The position numbers were made by a program, and so were the translations under genes. Of a stretch of 33,514 nt of DNA, positions 8,716-15,355 are shown piece after piece. Positions within the stretch are counted from its first letter, which is position 1. Each line of letters begins with the position of its first letter. This stretch comes from an uncultured Methanosarcinales archaeon (GTDB lineage: Archaea > Nanobdellota > Nanobdellia > Woesearchaeales > UBA10216). The notes under the pieces were generated by a model. That model ran no database searches, was not told the DNA's origin, and worked only from the letters and a program-made list of their open reading frames with translations. The stretch lies in NCBI GenBank assembly GCA_964374085.1, contig CAYJXD010000002.1, positions 4,311 to 37,824 of the forward strand, read 5' to 3'.

Positions 8716-9149
8716 GCCATGTGAAGGAGTTTAGGGAATACCTTGAGGCTGGGATTGCAAAAAGGCAGTCTCCTGACATTCCAAGGGCAAAATCCCTCAT
8801 TGAGGAATCAGCCGAGTCTTATGCAATCCTGAAGGAGTACATAAAAAGCAGCGGAATAGCCGACAGGAATGCAAACCACATAATCAAGAATTCCTACGAT
8901 ATTCTGATGGGCCTGGTGAGGGCAAGGATGCTGGCGAAAGGCTTTGGCACGACTGGCCAGGGTGCCCATGAGGCAGAAGTGTCATTCCTGGGCGAGCTTT
9001 CCTTCCACGAGAACGAAATTGAGTTCGCTGACAGGCTGAGGTATTTCAGGAACGGAATACTTTACTATGGGAAAAAATTTGACGCTGAATATGCAAAGAA
9101 GGTCATTGCCTTCCTTGAAAAAATGAGGGCAAAGCTTAAAAACGGATAA
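8712..9149 (+). CDS. HEPN-like all-helical protein (UPF0332/HEPN type), partner of the upstream nucleotidyltransferase
   Basis: ATGA overlap with the NTase gene. It is 145 aa and helical, with a C-terminal LRYFRNGILYYG motif that resembles the R...Y motif of non-RNase HEPN families. By eye I found no canonical R-x4-6-H; the closest is RNANH, which has x3. Confidence 0.6.
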   Translation: MSHVKEFREYLEAGIAKRQSPDIPRAKSLIEESAESYAILKEYIKSSGIADRNANHIIKNSYDILMGLVRARMLAKGFGTTGQGAHEAEVSFLGELSFHENEIEFADRLRYFRNGILYYGKKFDAEYAKKVIAFLEKMRAKLKNG

Positions 9150-9151
9150 TT

Positions 9152-9778
9152 ATGACTAAAACTATAAAAAAGGAGGGCAAAATGAAAAAGCTCACAGTGC
9201 AAATGAAGCTCAAGATAGGGGTGATGGGCTCTGCGATAGAGAGGGGAACAGGCTCTGGAAACATTACCAAGCGAGGATTGAAGCTTGCGTATGAATTGGG
9301 AAAAGAGATAGCAAGGCACAACTGCATTCTCATAAACGGCGCATGCACAGGAATCCCCCATGCGTCATCAAAGGGCGCGAAAGACAATGACGGCTTTGTG
9401 GTTGGCATTTCTCCGGCAGGAGACTTAGAGGAGCACATAAAGCGCTACAAGTTCCCGACAAAGCATTATGACCTTATAATTTACACTGGATTTGGCTTCA
9501 AGGGAAGGAATGTGGTGAATGTGAGCAATTGCGACGCTGTTATAATAGTTGCTGGAAGGGTGGGGACATTGAACGAGTTCACGATAGCCTATGACGAAGG
9601 GCAAATTATCGGGATAATGGAAGGCTCAGGCGGCATAGCTGACTATGTAAAAAAGATAATCAAGGTCACCAACAAGAAAACTGGAGCAGTTGTTGTTTAT
9701 GACAGGGAGCCGCACAGCCTTGTTAAGAAGCTGCTTGTGGAAATTGCCAGGAGAAGGAAATTGCTCAAACTTGATTAG
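9152..9778 (+). CDS. LOG/SLOG-superfamily Rossmann protein (TIGR00725-like)
   Basis: Motifs: KIGVMGS..., INGACTGIPHASSKGA, and AVIIVAGRVGTLNEF (the LOG PGGxGTxxE-type motif). ATG 9152 lies 2 nt after the HEPN stop. An in-frame ATG at 9182 is preceded by a strong SD-like aggaggg (9171-9177) and may be the true start (MKKLTVQMK...). Confidence 0.7.
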   Translation: MTKTIKKEGKMKKLTVQMKLKIGVMGSAIERGTGSGNITKRGLKLAYELGKEIARHNCILINGACTGIPHASSKGAKDNDGFVVGISPAGDLEEHIKRYKFPTKHYDLIIYTGFGFKGRNVVNVSNCDAVIIVAGRVGTLNEFTIAYDEGQIIGIMEGSGGIADYVKKIIKVTNKKTGAVVVYDREPHSLVKKLLVEIARRRKLLKLD

Positions 9779-10347
9779 CTGTTTCTGACGAATGAAGGCA
9801 TTAGCCTTGCCAACAAGCCTTTCTGTGCATGTCCGTTATGCCCGTTCTTGGCTGTTGTTAAATCCGGCCCCACATATGCTGTTATAGGGATTGCTGCAGC
9901 AACATCTGCCTTTGCCGGCTGTGCTTCGGTTTGCTTCAAGCCCAGCGCCTGCAATATTGTTTCAAGCCCGCCATCTTCCGATTCTATAGACTGCCAGTCG
10001 CCCTCATCATATGATATCCCTGCGTATCCGCTTCCCATCTGTTTTTTCAGGTCTTCCAGTCCAGCTAGCTCAGGAGAGAATTTGATGCCTTGCTTTCTTG
10101 CCCTGGCAATTATGCCATTTACATATGCTGTGGCAATCCTTTTCCCATCATGGCTCGGGTATTTGGCAATGAGCCTGAAATCGCATCCAGGAGGAAATTC
10201 CGCATTGCTTCCGTCGCTGATCTTTATTCCTTGTGGCGACCTTAATCCGGCCGGAGCAGTGCAAAGGTATCTTCCCAATTCTCCGCCATTGGAATCGTAT
10301 GCGTCGAATATAGTCCCTTCTTTCACGAAAACGCCTGAAGTCCCCAT
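9775..10347 (-). CDS. Hypothetical protein (190 aa), no recognisable family
   Basis: Amino-acid and codon usage are normal for this window (AGG/AGA Arg; K, E, G rich), unlike the S/P/C-rich antisense ORF 9848..10456. Its stop overlaps the LOG-like gene stop (TTAG). A TATA-like ttaaatattta lies ~30 nt upstream on the minus strand. Confidence 0.6.
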   Translation of the reverse strand: MGTSGVFVKEGTIFDAYDSNGGELGRYLCTAPAGLRSPQGIKISDGSNAEFPPGCDFRLIAKYPSHDGKRIATAYVNGIIARARKQGIKFSPELAGLEDLKKQMGSGYAGISYDEGDWQSIESEDGGLETILQALGLKQTEAQPAKADVAAAIPITAYVGPDLTTAKNGHNGHAQKGLLARLMPSFVRNS

Positions 10348-10460
10348 AATTCAATGGTTATGTCCTGTCCTGAATAAATATTTAACTATAATTGCGTATA
10401 TAGGGTATATGCTCTTCCCTTTCAAAACATTTTTTAACAGTCGCCCAAACTCCTAATGCG
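10348..10460. promoter_or_regulatory. AT-rich divergent promoter region between the minus-strand orphan and pyrF
   Basis: The A/T box attttttaac (10429-10438) is centred ~27 nt upstream of the pyrF ATG at 10461. The element ttaaatattta (minus strand, ~10374-10386) lies ~30 nt upstream of the minus-gene ATG at 10347. Confidence 0.4.
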
Positions 10461-11306
10461 ATGAAATCATTCACCCAGCTACTAAGGGGCAAGACAGCAG
10501 AGTCAAAAAGCATTGTCTGCTTGGGCATGGACCCTGTCCTCGAGAGAATCCCTATAAAGGAGCAGAGCCCTGAGAAAAGGATAGTGAAATTCTATGAGGA
10601 CATTGTGGCAGCATCGGTTTCGTCCGGAGCAAAGCCAGCTGCAGCCAAGCCAAACTATGCTTACTTTGCCCAGTATGGATTCCCTGGATTGAGAGCTTTG
10701 AAGAAAACAATAGGCATCTGCAAGAGGGCGGGAATAATTACAATACTGGACGCGAAAAGAGGAGATATAGGGAAATCCTCAGAAGCCTATGCAAAAGAGG
10801 CTTTTGACTTCTGGAAAGCCGACGCAGTCACTATTTCTCCATACATGGGAAAGGACAGCATTGAGCCTTTTCTTGCATATTCAGGGAAAGGCAAGGGTGT
10901 TTACATGCTTGTTCGCACATCAAATCCAGGGGCAGTAGATTTCCAGGAATTGGAATCAGGCGGCAGAAAGCTTTATATGGCAGCAGCCACAAAAATTGTT
11001 GACTGGCATGTTGACGGCCTTGGGGCTGTTGTCGGAGCAACAAGCATTGTGGAGTTGAATGTGATAGCTTCCTTCTTCAATGCATCCGGGAAGCCAATTC
11101 CCATGCTTATACCAGGCGTTGGCTCACAAGGTGGTTCTGCCAGTGAAGTTGCACGAGCATTAAAAAACAGGGAAACAATGGCAATCCACAGGATAAACAG
11201 CAGCAGCGGGATAAACTATGCATATGAAAAGTCAGGGACTGAAGATTATGCTGGCGCTGCAGTGAAGGCGATGAAAGAGCTGAACAGCGAAATTGGGGAG
11301 CTTTGA
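10461..11306 (+). CDS. pyrF: Orotidine 5'-phosphate decarboxylase, long (type 2) form
   Basis: Motifs ILDAKRGDIG and DAVTISPYMG. The 281-aa length fits the type 2 OMP decarboxylase. Confidence 0.88.
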   Translation: MKSFTQLLRGKTAESKSIVCLGMDPVLERIPIKEQSPEKRIVKFYEDIVAASVSSGAKPAAAKPNYAYFAQYGFPGLRALKKTIGICKRAGIITILDAKRGDIGKSSEAYAKEAFDFWKADAVTISPYMGKDSIEPFLAYSGKGKGVYMLVRTSNPGAVDFQELESGGRKLYMAAATKIVDWHVDGLGAVVGATSIVELNVIASFFNASGKPIPMLIPGVGSQGGSASEVARALKNRETMAIHRINSSSGINYAYEKSGTEDYAGAAVKAMKELNSEIGEL

Positions 11307-11551
11307 TGGCGCTTGACCCATTGCTGGCGGCAAGGATAACATTTGCCTTGGGCATTGCAAACCTAGTTGGACTTCTGCTTGTCTTCTTCTCCTGCCGCTG
11401 CCTGATGGGCACTAATCTGGCACAGAAACTATACCAGCACAATTGGTACAAGAAGTTCTACAGCAACCATTGCCGTTACTGGTGGTTTTTCTTCCTGACA
11501 GTTTTGCTGCATACTTTGTTTGCGTTCTACGCTTTCGGCAATCCCTTCTAG
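11306..11551 (+). CDS. Small two-TM membrane protein, unknown function
   Basis: ATG 11306 overlaps the pyrF stop (TGATG); TTG 11303 is also possible. Two hydrophobic helices (ITFALGIANLVGLLLVFF and YWWFFFLTVLLHTLFAFYAF). It fills the gap before the purA promoter. I recognise no homolog. Confidence 0.45.
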   Translation: MALDPLLAARITFALGIANLVGLLLVFFSCRCLMGTNLAQKLYQHNWYKKFYSNHCRYWWFFFLTVLLHTLFAFYAFGNPF

Positions 11552-11556
11552 GGAGA

Positions 11557-11568
11557 AAATATATAAAC
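11557..11568 (+). promoter_or_regulatory. TATA-like box upstream of purA
   Basis: The element aaatatataaac has the same core (tatataaac) as repeats R1 and R3. It lies ~40 nt upstream of the purA ATG at 11602. Confidence 0.4.
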
Positions 11569-11601
11569 AATCTTCCTGTTCTCCCTGTATGCGTGGTGTT
11601 G

Positions 11602-12906
11602 ATGAACGCTGTTGTTGTTGGGGCGTATTGGGGCGATGAGGGCAAGGGAAAAATAGTAGATTTGCTAGCTTCTGATTTTGACTGGGTTGTCCGATACAAC
11701 GGGGGCGATAACGCTGGCCACACAATTGTTGCCGAGGGCAAGAAGATAGTGCTCCACATAATCCCTTCTGGAATCCTGAATGGGAAAAGCGTTGCCATCG
11801 GACCTGATGTATTTTTCAATCCCCTTTCGTTCATAAAAGACCTTGAAGAAGTTCACAGCAAGGGCTTCTCCCCAGGAAGAATCCTCATCGATGAAAGATG
11901 CCACTTGATTTTGCCTTATCACATAGCCCTTGATTCTGGCCAGGAGAAAAGCCAGAATATCGGAACAACAAAGAGAGGCATTGGGCCTGCGGCAAAGGAC
12001 AAGGCATCAAGGATTGAAAACATTACCGTCGCAGACTTGATAAGCGGGAATTTCAGCCAAAGGCTTCTCCAGGCAATGAATTCAAAGAAGGCAGAGCTAG
12101 TCCAGTATGGAATAATTTCAGAGGATTCTTTTGCAGCTTATGCAGAGAAAATATTTGCAGAATACAGCGCATACTCTGATAAAATAGCCCCGTTTGCTGG
12201 CTCAGTTGCGTATGAGCTTCATGAGGCAGTTGCAAATGGAAAATCCATCCTTATGGAAGGGGCGCAGGGCGCATTGCTTGACATTGTTCATGGAACAAGG
12301 CCTTATGTAACCAGTTCAAACACAGTTGCCGGAGGCGCATTTGCTAATATCGGGATAAATCCCAAATCATTCCGAATCATTGGCATAGTGAAAGCATATC
12401 CAACAAGGGTTGGCGAAGGCCCATTCCCAACCCAGCTTGACAACGAGCTTGGGAAGCAGATACAGGAAGAGGGCTTTGAGTTTGGCGCGACTACGGGCCG
12501 CCCAAGGAAAGCAGGCATGCCTGACTTTGTTGCCTTAAAGTACAGCGCGATAATAAACGGAGTTGAAGAATGGGCCATCACAAAGGCAGACGTGCTTGCA
12601 GGGAAAAGGTTTTCGGCTGCTGTTTATTATGAGAAGGATGGAGAAAAAACCAAAAAATTCCCACTGAAGCTTGAAGGCTGGAAGCCAGTCTACGATAAAG
12701 AGTATTTCTTTCCAACCATTTCAGAGCAGCAGGCCATGGAGATGGTCAAAGGCGGATATGATTCCCTTCCAGAGGGCCTCAAGGAATACATCAAGGACCT
12801 GGTGCAGTACACCGGAGTTCCAGTCAGCATGGTCAGCCTTTCGCCGAAAAGGGAAATCACAGTCATAAAGAATGTCCTTGAAAGGACGTGGGAGTGTTTG
12901 AGATGA
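11602..12906 (+). CDS. purA: Adenylosuccinate synthetase (long, bacterial-length form)
   Basis: MNAVVVGAYWGDEGKGKIVD (GDEGKGK P-loop), GTTKRGIGPA and GATTGRPR. The listed ORF 11443.. carries a non-homologous N-terminal extension that overlaps the small membrane ORF and the TATA box, so ATG 11602 is preferred. Confidence 0.9.
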   Translation: MNAVVVGAYWGDEGKGKIVDLLASDFDWVVRYNGGDNAGHTIVAEGKKIVLHIIPSGILNGKSVAIGPDVFFNPLSFIKDLEEVHSKGFSPGRILIDERCHLILPYHIALDSGQEKSQNIGTTKRGIGPAAKDKASRIENITVADLISGNFSQRLLQAMNSKKAELVQYGIISEDSFAAYAEKIFAEYSAYSDKIAPFAGSVAYELHEAVANGKSILMEGAQGALLDIVHGTRPYVTSSNTVAGGAFANIGINPKSFRIIGIVKAYPTRVGEGPFPTQLDNELGKQIQEEGFEFGATTGRPRKAGMPDFVALKYSAIINGVEEWAITKADVLAGKRFSAAVYYEKDGEKTKKFPLKLEGWKPVYDKEYFFPTISEQQAMEMVKGGYDSLPEGLKEYIKDLVQYTGVPVSMVSLSPKREITVIKNVLERTWECLR

Positions 12907-13529
12907 AAGACTTCGTCAAGATTGAAACCGCAGTCATCAGCGTCCATGACAAGACTGGAATAAAGTATTTTGCCAGCGAACTGGTTAAGGTGAACCCTGA
13001 AATAAAAATCATAAGCAGCGGAGGCACCTTTGCTGAGCTGAATAAAGTTGTTCCTGATAACATTATTGATGTGTCTGAATACACTGGCTTCCCTGAGATG
13101 CCTGGCGGACTGGTAAAGACTCTGCATCCGAAAGTGCACGGCGGAATACTTGGCAATGAAGCCCAGGAAGAATACATGGAAAAGCATGGAATAAGAAAGA
13201 TAGACCTTGTTGTTGTCAACCTTTACCCGTTCAGGAAAGGCGCTGCAATAAGCTTTGAGGAAGCCAGGAAAAACATTGATATCGGGGGGGTCAGCTTGAT
13301 TGAGGCTGGCTGCAAGAACTTTTCGCGGGTTTCAGTATGCTCAGACCCGGCAGAGTATGAGATTTTCCTTGAGTCATTAAGAAGGAACAATGGCACCGTA
13401 GAGTTAGTCACAAGGCTCAAGCTTGCAAAGCTCGGCCTTTCCTTGCTGAGCAGCTACCTTTCTGCCATAAGCAGTTACTTTGACAGGTTGACTATGGAAG
13501 GCTTGAAGGAGATTGAAGATGCCAGGTAA
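12903..13529 (+). CDS. purH: IMP cyclohydrolase domain of PurH as a stand-alone ORF
   Basis: ATGA overlap with the purA stop. MGS-like IMPCH motifs: VISVHDKTG, SSGGT, GGLVKTLHPKVHGGIL and VVVNLYPF. The ORF ends in the PurH interdomain linker. Confidence 0.85.
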   Translation: MKDFVKIETAVISVHDKTGIKYFASELVKVNPEIKIISSGGTFAELNKVVPDNIIDVSEYTGFPEMPGGLVKTLHPKVHGGILGNEAQEEYMEKHGIRKIDLVVVNLYPFRKGAAISFEEARKNIDIGGVSLIEAGCKNFSRVSVCSDPAEYEIFLESLRRNNGTVELVTRLKLAKLGLSLLSSYLSAISSYFDRLTMEGLKEIEDAR

Positions 13530-14775
13530 GCAGTACAGGAGCATAATTGATGAGAATTTCCCGGACACGATAAAGATATCAATGGGAGAGCAGGAACTCG
13601 TTTATAGGAAAAGGACTTGGGCTGTCTATGATGAGGAAAAAAAGGAAAACACGCACAGGGGACTGAGGTATGGCGAGAATCCAGGCCAAGAGGCGGCAAT
13701 GTATGAGCTTGTGAATGGAAACCTGGTTCTGGGCGAATGCCATTATATTCAGCCTGGAAACTCATTGGTCAGCGGGATAACAAATGAGGACATAATGCAG
13801 GTTGGGAAGCACCCAAGCATGAATAATTTGACTGATGTTGACGCTGCTCTTAACATTCTCAGGCATTTTGATGAAAAGCCGACTGCAATAATCATAAAGC
13901 ACAACAACCCAAGCGGCGTTGCATCAAGAAACACTCTGTCAGGAGCTTACATCGAGGCAAACCTTGCTGACAACATTGCTGCTTTTGGCGGAGTGGCTGT
14001 CTTCAACCAGGCAGTTGACAGGAAAACCGCCGAAGAGATAAACAAGAATTATCTTGAAGTTGTCTGCGCCCCTGATTTTGAGGCAGAAGCCCTTGATATC
14101 CTTAAGAAAAAGAAGAACCTGAGGATAATAAGGATTGCCAACATCAAAAGCCTTCAGAAGTTTGCCCACTCCAGGACGCTTGACTTCAAGGCATTGATTG
14201 ACGGCGGGTTAATAGTTCAGCAGGCATTGCTCAACAGGATTAAGTCAAAAGAAGACCTTGCAGTTGCCTCAACTGCGCATGAAGGAAAAGAATTCAAGGT
14301 GGAAAGGCAGCCTTCTGAAAGCGAATATCAGGACTTGCTGTTCGCATGGAAAGTCCAGCAGGGAGTCACAAGCAACTCTGTAATCTTTGTGAAAAACCAA
14401 TCCACAGTTGCCATAGGCACAGGCGAGCAGGACAGGGTGGGAGTTGCAAAGATTGCTGCGTTCAAAGGATACGAGAAGTATGCTGCACGCTTGGCTATAG
14501 AAAAATTCAATACGCCTTACTGGCTTCTTAAGTCTCCAGCTCAAAAGCAGGAAATAGATGAAATCGTTGAAAAACAAAAAGGCAACCTTATTGGCTCGGT
14601 CATGGCATCTGACGGATTTTTTCCTTTCCGTGACACTGTTGATGTTGCCGCGAGTTACGGGGTTTCAGCAATTGTCCAGCCCGGCGGCTCAATGCGCGAC
14701 TTTGAAAGCATAGAGGCCTGCAACGAGCACAATATCGCAATGGTTTTCACAAGGCAGAGGGCGTTCAGGCACTGA
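13513..14775 (+). CDS. purH: AICAR transformylase domain of PurH as a stand-alone ORF
   Basis: Motifs LRYGENPGQ, IIKHNNPSGVA, ASDGFFPFRD and IVQPGGSMRD. The start is TTG 13513 or, more likely, ATG 13519, overlapping the IMPCH ORF stop (13527-13529). The frame is closed upstream by TGA at 13504-13506. Confidence 0.88.
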   Translation: MKMPGKQYRSIIDENFPDTIKISMGEQELVYRKRTWAVYDEEKKENTHRGLRYGENPGQEAAMYELVNGNLVLGECHYIQPGNSLVSGITNEDIMQVGKHPSMNNLTDVDAALNILRHFDEKPTAIIIKHNNPSGVASRNTLSGAYIEANLADNIAAFGGVAVFNQAVDRKTAEEINKNYLEVVCAPDFEAEALDILKKKKNLRIIRIANIKSLQKFAHSRTLDFKALIDGGLIVQQALLNRIKSKEDLAVASTAHEGKEFKVERQPSESEYQDLLFAWKVQQGVTSNSVIFVKNQSTVAIGTGEQDRVGVAKIAAFKGYEKYAARLAIEKFNTPYWLLKSPAQKQEIDEIVEKQKGNLIGSVMASDGFFPFRDTVDVAASYGVSAIVQPGGSMRDFESIEACNEHNIAMVFTRQRAFRH

Positions 14776-14776
14776 A

Positions 14777-14785
14777 TTTTTAAAA
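14777..14785 (+). promoter_or_regulatory. TATA-like box, candidate promoter for a leaderless 14807 ORF
   Basis: The box tttttaaaa is centred 26 nt upstream of ATG 14807, in the 31-nt gap after purH. Confidence 0.4.
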
Positions 14786-14806
14786 GCTTAATACATACAT
14801 CAATAT

Positions 14807-15220
14807 ATGCCCCTTGACGAAGACCTTGTAGCACAGTTTTCCTTAGTCCAGAGGGGAATACATGAGCGCAGCCCTGAATTGATTTATGCTGCTGTTAATT
14901 CTGTCAAGCTTATTCTGGACAGCTATATGAAAGCAGCTGGAATAGGAACCCATAACTCATTTAGGGCAGATATCACAACCGTTCTGGGAAATTCCCAGGA
15001 TATTGCATTCAAGATTTATGAACAGCAGCAGTCTGAAGCGGTCCGGCTGGCAATAGATGAAGACTGGTATGATGTTGCAGCTGCAAGAGTTGCGGCACTA
15101 TACTCAGAGGCCAATTTTCATGGGAAACAGCCTTCGCCAGAGAGCCACAATTTGCTTATGAGGGTACTGGGGCATAAAGAAGGAACGCCAGAACAAGCGG
15201 GTTTTCTACACTCTCAGTGA
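14807..15220 (+). CDS. Hypothetical all-helical protein (137 aa), unknown function
   Basis: This ORF sits between purH and purF with its own TATA-like box. I recognise no motif. It is followed by a T-rich tract (cttttccattgccttttt) and a 135-nt gap. Confidence 0.5.
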   Translation: MPLDEDLVAQFSLVQRGIHERSPELIYAAVNSVKLILDSYMKAAGIGTHNSFRADITTVLGNSQDIAFKIYEQQQSEAVRLAIDEDWYDVAAARVAALYSEANFHGKQPSPESHNLLMRVLGHKEGTPEQAGFLHSQ

Positions 15221-15355
15221 GAGCTGATTTATATTCTTTTCCATTGCCTTTTTCAGGCTGGCAAAACCCTTAAATATTAGCTCAAAGACTTACATTTTGC
15301 AGCGGGTTTTCTGCTGCTGAATACAGCGTTACTTTTGCGGCGAGGTTGATTTTAT

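Noticed and set aside
9848-10456. 202-aa plus-strand ORF opposite the 190-aa minus-strand orphan
   Set aside because: Its S/P/C/A-rich translation runs through the AT-rich promoter region up to pyrF. The minus-strand frame has normal amino-acid and codon usage (AGG/AGA Arg; K/E/G rich). I am not fully certain, so strand-specific data would settle it.
11443-11601. N-terminal 53-aa extension of the listed purA ORF
   Set aside because: The extension (MVQEVLQQPLPLLVVF...) has no PurA homology. It overlaps the small membrane ORF and runs through the TATA-like box. The canonical PurA N-terminus starts at ATG 11602.
12690-13219. Two overlapping minus-strand ORFs (165 and 118 aa)
   Set aside because: They are antisense to the purA end and the PurH IMPCH ORF, and have no motifs.
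15221-15355. Purine, ZTP or THF riboswitch upstream of purF
   Set aside because: I could not find the conserved cores of these riboswitch classes. The only structure is a 5-bp hairpin, and the region is more simply a promoter plus a short leader.
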